DNA of 64,000 nucleotides from Halomonas sp. (GTDB lineage: Bacteria; Pseudomonadota; Gammaproteobacteria; Pseudomonadales; Halomonadaceae): positions 4,953 to 68,952 of the forward strand of contig JAIVHM010000005.1 of NCBI GenBank assembly GCA_020201095.1, in the 5' to 3' direction. The translations under genes and the position numbers were made by a program. Shown here one piece after another: positions 45,902 through 57,661 of this stretch; within the stretch, counting starts at the first letter, position 1, and every line of letters starts with the position of its first letter. The notes under the pieces are model-generated. The model was not told the DNA's origin and did no database searches. It saw only the letters and a program-made list of their open reading frames with translations.

Positions 45902-47323
45902 CTAACGCAAGCGGCGCCGTTCGCTGGACGAAGGGATGCCCATGCCTTCGCGATATTTAGCGACCGTGCGCCGCGCCACGTGGATGCCGGCATCCTCCAG
46001 TAGGGTGACCAAACGGCTATCTGATAAGGGTTTGCCGGGCGGTTCTTCCTGGATCAGTTTTTTGAGGCGTGCGCGAATCGCCGTGCTGGAGTGGCTGTCA
46101 CCGTCCTGACCGCTGATTTGGCTGGAGAAGAAGTATTTAAGCTCGAAAATACCCCGTGGTGTATGGATGAATTTCTGGGTGGTGACGCGAGAGATAGTCG
46201 ATTCGTGCATCTCCACCGCATCGGCAATATCGGCCAGAATAAGCGGCTTCATGGCTTCTTCGCCCTGCTCCAGAAAGCCGATCTGGCGCGTAATGATTTC
46301 ACGGCCGACCCGCAGCAGAGTGTCGTTACGGCTGGATAAGCTCTTGATCAGCCAGCGGGCTTCCTGCAAGTGGTCTTTGAGGAATTGGTTATCCTGGCTC
46401 TTGTCGGCCCGCTTGATGAGGCTGGCATAGTCAGGCTGAATCCTGAGTTTTGGCAGTGCTTCTGGATTAAGCTCGAGGTGCCAGCCTTCGTTATCATGAC
46501 GAACCACCAGGTCGGGAATCACGTAGCTGTCGTCAGTGGCGCTGTATACGCTGCCGGGGCGGGGGTCCAGGCTTCTGATCAGTTGGATGACGTCACCCAG
46601 TTGCGCATCGTCAAGGCCCAGTCGCCGCTTGAGCAAGCGCTGATCATTTTTGCCAAGGGCTTCAAGAAACTGGCGTACCAGGCGCCGTGCTGGGATTAGC
46701 AGCGGTGTGTCGCTGGGTAGTGCGGCGAGCTGAAGCATCAGGCATTCGCGCAGGTCACGGGCGAAGATACCGGTGGGCTCAAATTGTTGCAGTCTCAACA
46801 GTATGGTCTCGACCTCGCGCTGACTGAGGCCATCCAGGCCCTGGTCACGCAGTCCCTCGCGGATATCGTTGAGGGGTTGGGTGAGATAGCCGTTGGCATC
46901 CAGTGCATCAATCAGGCTTTCGGCCACCAGTTGTTCACGATGGCTTAAATCGGTCATCGCGAGCTGCCAGAGGAGGTGGCCATGAAGGCTTTGTCCGGCG
47001 GCCTGGCGCTCGAAGTCAGGCCCCTCACTGCCAACGCTGCCGCTACCCACTGTGTCTTGATAGGTATCTGACCAGTCGCTGTCCACGGAAAGCTCGGTGG
47101 GGATGCTATCGGCCCATTCGGCTTTTTCCGGCTCGCTTGCGGGTTGTTCGCTTTCGCTGAATTCATCTTCCTGCTCAAGCATGGGGTTGGCATCGAGCGC
47201 TTGCTGAATTTCCTGGCGTAAATCGAGCGTCGATAGCTGTAGCAAGGCAATTGCCTGCTGCAGCTGGGGTGTCATGGTGAGCTGGGTGCCGATCCGCAGT
47301 TGAAGAGAAGCTTTCATGACCAT
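45902..47323 (-). CDS. rpoN: RNA polymerase sigma-54 factor
   Basis: MTPQLQQAI.LLQL, HESTISRVT, RpoN box ARRTVAKYRE. Confidence 0.98.
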   Translation of the reverse strand: MVMKASLQLRIGTQLTMTPQLQQAIALLQLSTLDLRQEIQQALDANPMLEQEDEFSESEQPASEPEKAEWADSIPTELSVDSDWSDTYQDTVGSGSVGSEGPDFERQAAGQSLHGHLLWQLAMTDLSHREQLVAESLIDALDANGYLTQPLNDIREGLRDQGLDGLSQREVETILLRLQQFEPTGIFARDLRECLMLQLAALPSDTPLLIPARRLVRQFLEALGKNDQRLLKRRLGLDDAQLGDVIQLIRSLDPRPGSVYSATDDSYVIPDLVVRHDNEGWHLELNPEALPKLRIQPDYASLIKRADKSQDNQFLKDHLQEARWLIKSLSSRNDTLLRVGREIITRQIGFLEQGEEAMKPLILADIADAVEMHESTISRVTTQKFIHTPRGIFELKYFFSSQISGQDGDSHSSTAIRARLKKLIQEEPPGKPLSDSRLVTLLEDAGIHVARRTVAKYREGMGIPSSSERRRLR

Positions 47324-47354
47324 CTGAGAACCACTCGTTTATCGGAAAGCATCC

Positions 47355-47383
47355 ACACTAGTGCGAGTTGTGTTTGGGTGCAA
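47355..47383 (-). promoter_or_regulatory. Putative sigma70 promoter of rpoN
   Basis: Minus strand TTGCAC-17 bp-TAGTGT. Confidence 0.55.
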
Positions 47384-47385
47384 GT

Positions 47386-47418
47386 GCAATAAGTATGCCA
47401 TCGGCAATAAATATGCCA
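47386..47418 (-). promoter_or_regulatory. Two tandem sigma54 (-24/-12) boxes upstream of rpoN
   Basis: Minus strand TGGCATATTTATTGC-CGA-TGGCATACTTATTGC; both have exact TGGC-N7-TTGC spacing. Confidence 0.8.
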
Positions 47419-47427
47419 TTGAAGCCT

Positions 47428-48177
47428 TTATAGACGAAAATCAGCACCTAGGTATACGTCGCGCACTTCCTGATTGTTCAGAATAGCGTCTGGCGATCCG
47501 CTGGCAATGATATGCCCGTCGCCGACGATGTACGCCACATCGCAAATATCCAGTGTTTCGCGCACGTTGTGATCGGTAATCAATACGCCAATGTCGCGAT
47601 CCTTCAAGGCGCGGATAATCGACTTAATATCACCCACTGAAATCGGGTCTACGCCAGCGAAAGGTTCATCAAGCAGAATGAAGGCAGGTTCGGTGGCGAG
47701 CGACCGCGCGATCTCGACGCGCCGGCGTTCGCCTCCGGAAAGACTCATACCCATATTGTCGCGGATATGAGTGATGTGAAAATCTTCCAGAAGTGTTTCC
47801 AGGCGTGATTCGCGTCCGGCGCGGTCAAGATCGTTGCGGGTCTGCAAGATGGCCATGATGTTATCGGCGACGGAGAGTTTGCGGAAGATCGACGCTTCCT
47901 GGGGTAGATAGCCGATACCTGCCTTGGCGCGCTCGTGCATGGGGGCGCGGGAAAGATCAAGAGTATCGATACCCACGCTGCCGGCATCTGCCTTGACCAG
48001 GCCGACAATCATATAGAACGAAGTGGTTTTGCCGGCGCCGTTGGGGCCAAGCAAGCCGACGATGCTCCCTTGGGAGATGTCCAGGTTGATGTCTTTTACC
48101 ACACGCCGGCGCTTGTAGCTTTTTGCCAAATGGCGGGCGTATAGCGTTCGTGTTGCGCTGTTGTCGGCAGCTGCCAT
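47428..48177 (-). CDS. lptB: LPS export ATPase LptB
   Basis: [49 protein letters not shown]. Confidence 0.97.
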   Translation of the reverse strand: MAAADNSATRTLYARHLAKSYKRRRVVKDINLDISQGSIVGLLGPNGAGKTTSFYMIVGLVKADAGSVGIDTLDLSRAPMHERAKAGIGYLPQEASIFRKLSVADNIMAILQTRNDLDRAGRESRLETLLEDFHITHIRDNMGMSLSGGERRRVEIARSLATEPAFILLDEPFAGVDPISVGDIKSIIRALKDRDIGVLITDHNVRETLDICDVAYIVGDGHIIASGSPDAILNNQEVRDVYLGADFRL

Positions 48178-48187
48178 CAGGCTCTCC

Positions 48188-48682
48188 TTAATCCTCGGGT
48201 TCCAGCGTCATGCGGATGCGTTGCGACTCTTGATTTTCGACATCGGAGCGCGCTTCTACGACCTCGCGGTCGATGAAGTAGTCCAGGCGTCCACCGGTGA
48301 AACGGTCGCCCTGCTGGATGATTTCCGCCTGGTCAATCAACTCGACCCGACGCTCGGCGACATGGTAGATGACCCGCCGACCCCAGCCTTCCATGGGGCC
48401 GTCCTGATCTTCGGGTTGACGGCGTAAGTAGGCGCGCTCACCCAGGGCTGTGGCCCGCGAGAGCTCGCCTTCCTCGTTACGCTGAATTTCCACTTCGTCG
48501 CCTCTGATCAACATATTGCCTTGACGAACCTCTACGTCGCCGGTGTAGACCGCTGTACCGGCGCGCTGGTCAAGGTCGAGCTGGTCGGCTTCGACCTCAA
48601 CCGGCTCTTGGTGATTGTCTGCCGTCGCGTAAAAAGGCATTAGGCTGGCTGCGGCAATGGCTGAGTAGATAAACGCTTTCAT
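48188..48682 (-). CDS. lptA: LPS transport periplasmic protein LptA
   Basis: Signal peptide, OstA-like [10 protein letters not shown]; synteny. Confidence 0.9.
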   Translation of the reverse strand: MKAFIYSAIAAASLMPFYATADNHQEPVEVEADQLDLDQRAGTAVYTGDVEVRQGNMLIRGDEVEIQRNEEGELSRATALGERAYLRRQPEDQDGPMEGWGRRVIYHVAERRVELIDQAEIIQQGDRFTGGRLDYFIDREVVEARSDVENQESQRIRMTLEPED

Positions 48683-48685
48683 GTT

Positions 48686-49264
48686 TTATTCCTGTCCGGG
48701 TTGCGTCTCCGGAGGGTGGTAGCCCTGAACGTTATCTTCAAGCCGCACCTCCTCCTCGTTGAGCCATGCATCCATCCGCCGTGCTGTCATGCGCTGGGGT
48801 GGTTGTTGAAGGAGCACGTTAGTGTCACTCCATGCATGGGCAGTTTTTCCCTCATAATTCAGAACATCTGTGTCAAGCTGCCAGTTTTCTTCAGGGGCGA
48901 TTAACCTTGCGTTGCCGGAGAGCGTCAGTTCTTGAGAACGCGTGTTAAGCGTACCGATCTCTGACGTGGCGTTCCAGACGCGTCGCTCGCTGTCATAAAG
49001 TGTAGCGTGCGGCGTTTCAGCAAGCGTCGAGGCAGATTGAGGGGTATGCACCAGGCGAGGCGTGGTCAACCCCTGCTGAATGTTTCCCTGCTCATCAAAC
49101 AGCGTTAACTCGGCATTGTGAAGGACATGCCCAGGCTCCTCGGCACGGGCGTCGGGGTCTGTCGGGGCGGTTTGCGGGCCACCGGGATCCAGCCATACCA
49201 GAAGGCCCCCTAGAACCAGTACTATCAGGGCGATACCCAGGCGCGTGCGCAATGTCTTCAGCAT
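48686..49264 (-). CDS. lptC: LPS export protein LptC
   Basis: Single N-terminal TM, beta-rich; located between kdsC and lptA. Confidence 0.87.
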   Translation of the reverse strand: MLKTLRTRLGIALIVLVLGGLLVWLDPGGPQTAPTDPDARAEEPGHVLHNAELTLFDEQGNIQQGLTTPRLVHTPQSASTLAETPHATLYDSERRVWNATSEIGTLNTRSQELTLSGNARLIAPEENWQLDTDVLNYEGKTAHAWSDTNVLLQQPPQRMTARRMDAWLNEEEVRLEDNVQGYHPPETQPGQE

Positions 49265-49270
49265 AGTGCC

Positions 49271-49807
49271 TCAGCCGTGTAGGTAGGTATCGACGACCGC
49301 GCCCCAGTGGCCCTGAGCATCGAGTAACGTATCACATACTTCGCGGACAGCGCCGTGTCCGCCCAGGCGTTCAGTGACCCAGTCAGCGTGGGTGTGCATG
49401 TAGTCAGGTGCGTTGGGTACCGTGATACCAACGCCTGAACGCTTGATGCTGGCCAGGTCCGGTAGGTCATCACCGCAATAGGCAACTTGAGACAAATCAA
49501 GTTCCAGGCGCTGGCAAAGACTGCGAAGAACGGCTAGCTTGTCCTCGCAGCCCTGATAGACGTGGGGAATGCCAAGCGCAGCGGCACGCTGGCTGACCAT
49601 GGGAGAGTCGCGGCCAGTGATCAAGGCGACCGAGATACCCGCACGTTTCAAAAGCTTGAGGCCATGGCCGTCCTGGGTGTGAAACGCTTTTATTTCGACG
49701 CCGTCGGCCTGAAAGTAAAGCCGACCGTCGGTGAGAACACCATCGACATCTAGGGCAAATAGGCGAATGCGACGCAGTCGGTCAAGTAGGTCAGCAGAAA
49801 GAGTCAT
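49271..49807 (-). CDS. kdsC: KDO 8-phosphate phosphatase
   Basis: DVDGVLTDG, ITGR, GDDLPD, GGHGAVRE. Confidence 0.95.
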   Translation of the reverse strand: MTLSADLLDRLRRIRLFALDVDGVLTDGRLYFQADGVEIKAFHTQDGHGLKLLKRAGISVALITGRDSPMVSQRAAALGIPHVYQGCEDKLAVLRSLCQRLELDLSQVAYCGDDLPDLASIKRSGVGITVPNAPDYMHTHADWVTERLGGHGAVREVCDTLLDAQGHWGAVVDTYLHG

Positions 49808-49827
49808 TGGGTCTCCGGTCGATTCAG

Positions 49828-50811
49828 TTAAATAACGCCGCTGGCGAGCAGGTCATGCATATGCAGCGCGCCTAGCGGGCGCTGGTGTTCATCTACCACT
49901 GCCAGCGCAGTAATGCGATTGTCTTCCATGATGCGAACAGCTTCCGCGGCGAGAAGGTCTGGAGATACACGCTTGCCTGGCCGGGTCATGACGTCATCTA
50001 CCTTCACATTACGCAGGTCGTGAAAGTTATCCAGGGTGCGGCGCAGGTCGCCATCCGTGTAAACGCCGGCTAGCAGGCCGTCAGGATCCACCACGCAGGT
50101 GAACCCCAGGCCTTGTCGGGTGATTTCCAGTAACGCGTCGCGCAGCGGACTCCCCAGAGCAACCTTCGGTAAGCGTTCGCCCTGGTGCATCAGGTCGCGA
50201 ACGCGAAGCAGCAGGCGTCGGCCCAGGCTGCCGCCGGGATGCGAGAGAGCAAAGTCTTCTGCGGTAAAGCCGCGTGCTTCAAGGAGTGCGACCGCGAGGG
50301 CGTCGCCCAGCGCTAACGCTGCTGTCGTAGAGCTTGTCGGGGCAAGATCCAGCGGACAGGCTTCCCGGTCGACACTGCTGTTTAAGTGGGCATCCGCGTG
50401 CTGGGCCAGTGTGGAGTTAGGGCGCCCCGTCATGCTGATCAGGGGCGTGCCGAGGCGCTTTAGCAGCGGCAGCAGGGCGGTCACTTCGGCGGTTTCCCCT
50501 GAGTTTGAGAGCGCGATGACCACATCACTGCGGGTAATCATGCCCAGATCCCCATGGCTGGCTTCGCCGGGGTGAACAAAAAAAGCAGGCGAGCCAGTGC
50601 TGGCAAGCGTCGCTGCGATTTTGCCGGCAATATGGCCTGATTTGCCCATGCCGGTAACCACCACGCGTCCCTGACAAGCTAGGATCAGCTCGCAAGCATG
50701 GTCGAAGTGCGCATCAAGCTTGGTGGCCAAGCCCGCGATGGCGGCTTGTTCAATGTCTAGCGTGCGCAATGCACTTTGGCGAAAGGTCGTGATCGCAGTT
50801 GTCGCTTGCAT
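49828..50811 (-). CDS. kdsD: Arabinose 5-phosphate isomerase
   Basis: GMGKSGHI, EASHGDLG, APTSST, HPGGSLG, CBS pair. Confidence 0.95.
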   Translation of the reverse strand: MQATTAITTFRQSALRTLDIEQAAIAGLATKLDAHFDHACELILACQGRVVVTGMGKSGHIAGKIAATLASTGSPAFFVHPGEASHGDLGMITRSDVVIALSNSGETAEVTALLPLLKRLGTPLISMTGRPNSTLAQHADAHLNSSVDREACPLDLAPTSSTTAALALGDALAVALLEARGFTAEDFALSHPGGSLGRRLLLRVRDLMHQGERLPKVALGSPLRDALLEITRQGLGFTCVVDPDGLLAGVYTDGDLRRTLDNFHDLRNVKVDDVMTRPGKRVSPDLLAAEAVRIMEDNRITALAVVDEHQRPLGALHMHDLLASGVI

Positions 50812-51033
50812 GGGTAATCGCGTGGCTCGTTAAAAATGACAATCAAGGTGTAAGAGTAACATTGACCGAGTGGACTTTGCCCCATCGTTTTGTGGTGTGG
50901 ATAAGCGATGCTCGCTTGTGATCATCAGGTAGGGTTAGAATACGTTGTTCGATAATAGTTTTTTAACCACTGTTTTTCTTATTGCTGCGTTAAGCGAGCG
51001 GATGTGCAAGTAAACGCGAGAGTTGATGGTTCC

Positions 51034-51855
51034 ATGAACGATGCGCCTTTTATTGAAGTCGAAAACTTGTATTTTTCGCGGGGTGATACCGAAATATTCC
51101 GCGGGGTAAACATGACCATCCCGCGTGGGAAAGTGACAGCGATCATGGGCCCCAGCGGGACCGGTAAAACGACCCTATTAAAGCTTATCGGCGGACAATT
51201 GACCCCCGATCAAGGCCGCGTGTTAATCGACGGAGACGACGTCCACCGACTTTCACGCAAAGCGCTATTCACGCTACGCAAGCGCATGGGCATGTTATTT
51301 CAGAGCGGGGCGTTGTTTTCCGATCTGGATGTATACGAAAACGTGGCATTTCCGTTGCGAGTTCATACGGATCTGCCCGATGCCATGATTCGTGACCTGG
51401 TGCTGCTCAAGCTTCAGGCAGTGGGCTTGCGCGGTGCGCGACACCTTACGCCAGCCGAGCTTTCTGGAGGGATGGCCAGACGCGTTGCGTTGGCGCGGGC
51501 TGTGGCACTTGACCCAGAGCTAATCCTCTACGATGAACCGTTTGTGGGGCAGGACCCAATTTCCATGGGCGTGCTTGTACAACTGATCAAGCGGCTGAAT
51601 CAGGCACTAAGCCTGACATCAGTGGTGGTTTCCCACGATATCAAGGAGACCCTGACGATCGCCGATTATCTGTACTTTATTTCTGAGGGCCATGTGATCG
51701 CGCATGGAACGCCAGCCGATCTTGATGTCAATCAAGATGCGCGGGTGAAGCAGTTTGTTCATGGTGAGCCCGACGGCCCCGTCCCTTTCCATTATCCAGC
51801 CGCCCCGTTTTATCAAGATATGTTGGGCGATACCGCGACCCGAGGAGGAGCCTGA
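51034..51855 (+). CDS. mlaF: Mla ABC transporter ATPase
   Basis: [35 protein letters not shown]. Confidence 0.96.
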   Translation: MNDAPFIEVENLYFSRGDTEIFRGVNMTIPRGKVTAIMGPSGTGKTTLLKLIGGQLTPDQGRVLIDGDDVHRLSRKALFTLRKRMGMLFQSGALFSDLDVYENVAFPLRVHTDLPDAMIRDLVLLKLQAVGLRGARHLTPAELSGGMARRVALARAVALDPELILYDEPFVGQDPISMGVLVQLIKRLNQALSLTSVVVSHDIKETLTIADYLYFISEGHVIAHGTPADLDVNQDARVKQFVHGEPDGPVPFHYPAAPFYQDMLGDTATRGGA

Positions 51856-52655
51856 TGTCGATGAAGGATAGTCAGGTCGCTGTGCGAATTACCCGGTTAG
51901 GTCGCCGCAGCTGTGATGTAGTGGAATCGCTTGGCCGTGCCGGGGTATTTCTTGCACAGTCTGCGGTGGGGGTTCCTTCAGCCGAGGGTTTTCGGCTATG
52001 GGTTCGGCAGTTGCACTTTGTCGGTGTATTGTCGCTCGCGATCGTGCTGGTTTCAGGGCTGTTTATCGGCATGGTGCTGGCGCTTCAGGGCTATACGATT
52101 CTGATTGATTTTGGCGCCGAGGACGCGCTGGGGCAGATGGTGGCGCTCTCGTTGTTGCGAGAACTGGCCCCGGTGGTTGCTGCTTTGTTGTTTGCCGGCC
52201 GGGCTGGCTCGGCGCTGACCGCTGAGATTGGCTTGATGAAAGCCACCGAGCAGCTAACCAGTATGGAAATGATTGGCGTGGATCCGCTGAGAAGGGTGGT
52301 TGCGCCGCGTTTCTGGGCAGGTGTGGTCGCGCTGCCAATACTCACTGTGGGTTTCAGTGTTGTCGGTATTTGGGGTGGCTACCTGGTGGGTGTCCAGTGG
52401 CTGGGCGTTTTCGAAGGCTCTTACTGGAGCAACATGCAAGCCAGCGTGGCGTTCATCAACGACGTTGGTAATGGCATGATCAAAAGCGTTGTGTTTGCTG
52501 TGGTGGTCACTTGGATTGCGGTTTTCCAGGGCTATGACCTGTTGCCAACCTCTGAAGGTATTTCCCGTGCGACAACGCGTACCGTTGTCTATTCCTCGCT
52601 TGCGGTACTGGGGCTTGATTTCATATTAACCGCCGTTATGTTTGGCGGCCTCTGA
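51855..52655 (+). CDS. mlaE: Mla permease
   Basis: [30 protein letters not shown]. Confidence 0.96.
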   Translation: MSMKDSQVAVRITRLGRRSCDVVESLGRAGVFLAQSAVGVPSAEGFRLWVRQLHFVGVLSLAIVLVSGLFIGMVLALQGYTILIDFGAEDALGQMVALSLLRELAPVVAALLFAGRAGSALTAEIGLMKATEQLTSMEMIGVDPLRRVVAPRFWAGVVALPILTVGFSVVGIWGGYLVGVQWLGVFEGSYWSNMQASVAFINDVGNGMIKSVVFAVVVTWIAVFQGYDLLPTSEGISRATTRTVVYSSLAVLGLDFILTAVMFGGL

Positions 52656-52672
52656 TTAGCTGGAGCAGTTTC

Positions 52673-53137
52673 ATGAAGCGAAGTAGGACCATGGAGTTTG
52701 GCGTTGGCCTGTTTATTCTAGTGGGCATATTGGGGTTGGTGTTCTTAGGGCTGCGAGTCAGCGGCTTGACCTTTACTGGGGCGTCAAACACCTATGAACT
52801 GGACGCTAATTTTTCCAATATTGGCGGATTAAAGCCTCGTGCACGGGTTTCCATGGCGGGTGTCACGGTGGGTCACGTCGAGTCGATAGAGCTGGATACT
52901 GAATGGTATGACGCGCGGGTAACGCTGAGTCTGAGTAGTGAGCTGGAAGGCCAGATATCGCGTGATGCCACGGCCTCGATTCTGACCTCTGGCCTGCTCG
53001 GTGAACAGTACGTAGGCCTGAGCCTTGGAGGTGATCCTGAAATGCTAGAGGAGGGCGATACGATCCGTGATACTCAGTCGGCTCTGGTGCTCGAAGAACT
53101 TATTCAACAATTTATATCCAATATGGCAAGTAACTGA
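52673..53137 (+). CDS. mlaD: Mla MCE protein
   Basis: FSNIGGLK, ILTSGLLGEQYV, TQSALVLEELI. Confidence 0.96.
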   Translation: MKRSRTMEFGVGLFILVGILGLVFLGLRVSGLTFTGASNTYELDANFSNIGGLKPRARVSMAGVTVGHVESIELDTEWYDARVTLSLSSELEGQISRDATASILTSGLLGEQYVGLSLGGDPEMLEEGDTIRDTQSALVLEELIQQFISNMASN

Positions 53138-53241
53138 TCGTTGCGATGAGTGCAGCTTGCCGCGTTTATGTGAGCCGCTTGCATTGAGCGCTTACATCGA
53201 AAAGGTGACGGAGATATATTCGCCGTCAATAGGAGGACAAG

Positions 53242-53904
53242 ATGATGTCAGGAAAAAAACAGCCGTTAATGTCGGTGTTCACCTTTGCCGTTGCGCTACT
53301 CGTCGCGCTGGTGCCACTTTCGGCAAGCGCTCAGCCTGAGCCTCCTGCAGAGATGATTCGCACCAATATCAACGATTTCATGGCCCAGCTTGAGGGGCGT
53401 GAGTCGTACTATGAAGATAATATCGATGAGCTAAAGCAGGAAGTCGACGACAGCCTGGAAGAAGTGGCCGACTTTCGCTACATAGGGGCCAGCGTGATGG
53501 GGAGTTATTTCCGTAACGCCTCACCCGAGCAGCGCAGCCGTTTTGCCGATGTGTTCCGTGAAACGCTGATCGACACGTACACGCGCGGTCTAGTGACCTT
53601 TGATTACGAGGACATTCGTGTTCTGGATGACCAGCGTCCCCAGCGTGAAGAAGATCGAGCCAGCGTTGCCATGGAAGTTGTCGGCACCAATGGCGATGTC
53701 TATCCGGTCAACTACAGTCTGCGGTTATCTGACGGCGAGTGGCGCGTTGTCAACGTCATCGTCAACGGTATCAATCTGGGGTTGACCTTCCGTAACCAGT
53801 TTGACCAGGCGATGCGCGATAATAACCGGGATTATGACGCGGTGATTGATGGCTGGTCGCCAGATGTAGGCGTCGACGAACTCGAAGAGGGGGGCGATGC
53901 GTGA
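53242..53904 (+). CDS. mlaC: Mla periplasmic phospholipid-binding protein
   Basis: Signal peptide, WRVVNVIVNGINL..FRNQF (Ttg2D family). Confidence 0.92.
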   Translation: MMSGKKQPLMSVFTFAVALLVALVPLSASAQPEPPAEMIRTNINDFMAQLEGRESYYEDNIDELKQEVDDSLEEVADFRYIGASVMGSYFRNASPEQRSRFADVFRETLIDTYTRGLVTFDYEDIRVLDDQRPQREEDRASVAMEVVGTNGDVYPVNYSLRLSDGEWRVVNVIVNGINLGLTFRNQFDQAMRDNNRDYDAVIDGWSPDVGVDELEEGGDA

Positions 53905-54239
53905 CGGCGATTTTTACCGATCGCGATGTGTCCCTGCATCAACAGGCCGAAGGTTTGAGCGTGCAGGGTGACGTGGATATTGCCTCTGCAGCAGCACTTG
54001 CTGCGGAGGGCACGCGTTGGCTAACCGATCAACGGCCCGAAGCGGTCGCGTTTGACTTCAGCAAGGTGTCAACACCGCGCAACGTTGCCTTGAGTGTTTT
54101 GCTCCAATGGATGCGTACCTGCCATCTGCATCATATTAGAGTGACGTCTATCGCCCTTTCCGCGCCGCTTGAGCGGCTTGCCGAACTAGCCGAGTTGGAT
54201 GCATTGATCAATGCCCCGTACGAACCGTCTGCCTGCTGA
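53901..54239 (+). CDS. mlaB: STAS domain protein MlaB
   Basis: Short STAS-like ORF (FDFSKV...ALSVLLQW) after mlaC. Confidence 0.8.
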   Translation: MTAIFTDRDVSLHQQAEGLSVQGDVDIASAAALAAEGTRWLTDQRPEAVAFDFSKVSTPRNVALSVLLQWMRTCHLHHIRVTSIALSAPLERLAELAELDALINAPYEPSAC

Positions 54240-54338
54240 TCCTCGGGCGTCGCCAAAGCGCTGGCTTTTCTTTATGATGTCACCCTCTTGATAGCTACCT
54301 GCCCCTTTTCACAACGTCCTTTAAGGAGTTTCTGACCT

Positions 54339-55863
<1,525 letters not shown>

Positions 55864-55892
55864 GCCCTGGCCCCCAACCATTGGCAACCAAC

Positions 55893-56549
55893 ATGAGTAA
55901 GCAACTGATTTTAGCCCTCTCGAAGGGCCGTATTCTAGAAGAGACGCTGCCGCTGCTGGCCGATGCGGGCATCACGCCGACAGAGGATTTAAGCAAAAGC
56001 CGTAAGCTTTTGTTCGATACTAATCTGCCCGACGTCAAATTCGTCGTGATCAGAGCAACGGACGTGCCGACTTACGTTCAGCTTGGGGCCGCCGATCTGG
56101 GCGTGGCTGGGAAGGATGTTCTTTTAGAGCACGGCGCCGAAGGGCTTTATGAACCGCTTGATCTCGACATTGCACGTTGCAAGCTGATGACCGCTGGCGT
56201 TACTGGTGAGTTGCCGAAGTTGGCGCGTCGTCGGGTGGCAACGAAGTTTGTCAATATCGCCCGGCGGTACTACGCCGAGCAAGGTATCCAGGCCGAGGTG
56301 ATCAAGCTTTATGGTGCCATGGAGTTGGCGCCGCTGATGAACCTGGCCGATGAAATTGTCGATATCGTTGACACCGGTAATACCCTGCGCGCCAATGGCA
56401 TGGAACCGCGCGAACTGATTGCGCCGATCAGCACGCGCCTGGTGGCCAATAAAGCCGCCATGACAATGAAGCACGCGCGTATCAAACCGTTGCTGGCTCG
56501 CCTGGAACGCGCCATTGCCGACCGCAAGACGATATCGCCCGCTGACTAA
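55893..56549 (+). CDS. hisG: ATP phosphoribosyltransferase, short form
   Basis: [20 protein letters not shown]; 218 aa, no C-terminal regulatory domain. Confidence 0.96.
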   Translation: MSKQLILALSKGRILEETLPLLADAGITPTEDLSKSRKLLFDTNLPDVKFVVIRATDVPTYVQLGAADLGVAGKDVLLEHGAEGLYEPLDLDIARCKLMTAGVTGELPKLARRRVATKFVNIARRYYAEQGIQAEVIKLYGAMELAPLMNLADEIVDIVDTGNTLRANGMEPRELIAPISTRLVANKAAMTMKHARIKPLLARLERAIADRKTISPAD

Positions 56550-56560
56550 GTGAGGTTGCT

Positions 56561-57632
56561 ATGAAAGAGAACGCTACCGCGACGATAGCGCGACTCAACA
56601 CTGTCGATGAGATGTTTGCCGCACAGCTGAATGCACTGCTGGACTGGGAAGGTGTGTCAGACAGCGCCGTTCAGGAACGCGTTAATGACATTCTCACCAA
56701 CGTCAAGCGTCATGGTGATGCGGCGGTCATCGAAGCCACCAATCGCTTTGACCGCGTCTCGGTTACCCATATGGACGAGCTTCGCCTGACGGCTGAGCAA
56801 TTGCGTCAGGCCTTTGAGGCCCACTCCCGATGGCGTACTCAACGATCTGGTGCTGGCGGCAGCGCATGTGGCAGGTGTGGATCAAGTGTTTACCATCGGC
56901 GGTGCTCAGGCGATTGGCGCCCTTGCCTATGGAACCGAAAGCGTGCCCAGAGTGGATAAAATTGTTGGGCCGGGCAACATCTATGTGGCCACCGCAAAGC
57001 GGGCCGTGTTCGGTCAGGTGGGTATCGACATGATTGCTGGCCCCTCTGAAATCATGGTGGTGTCGGATGGGCTGACCGATCCTGATTGGCTGGCAATGGA
57101 CCTGTTTTCCCAGGCGGAGCACGATGAAGATGCTCAAGCCATCCTTGTGAGCTGGGATGCCGAACACCTGGCAAATGTCGAAGCCGCTATAGAGCGTCTC
57201 CTGCCGACGTTGGAGCGGTCCGACATCGTGCGCGAGTCACTACGTCGACGCGGTGCGCTGGTTCTCTGCCGCGATGCTGAGGAAGCGGTCACGTTGATCA
57301 ATCGGATAGCGCCCGAGCACCTTGAGCTTTCAGTGGAAGCGCCTGACGCTTGGCTTGCAGGTATTCGTCATGCAGGGGCAATCTTCATGGGTCGTTATAC
57401 CGCAGAGGCGCTGGGCGACTACTGTGCAGGGCCAAATCACGTGCTGCCTACCTCGGGCACCGCGCGCTTCTCATCACCGCTGGGCGTCTACGATTTCCAA
57501 AAACGCTCGTCGCTGATACATTGTTCAGCCGAGGGTGCTTCAGCGCTGGGTGAGGTTGCTTCTGTGCTGGCGCGGGGCGAATCGCTGACCGCTCACGCGC
57601 GCTCTGCTGAATACCGTATTAAACCGTCTTGA
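56561..57632 (+). pseudogene. hisD: Histidinol dehydrogenase, split by an internal deletion with frameshift at ~56820
   Basis: N-part ...GDAAVIEATNRFD...LRQAFEA. C-part in another frame PTPDG...[12 protein letters not shown]...[34 protein letters not shown]. The G.YVPGGKA.YPSSVLM block is missing. Confidence 0.9.
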
Positions 57633-57661
57633 TACGTTGACCCGGGCGGCCGGTCAGTCCA

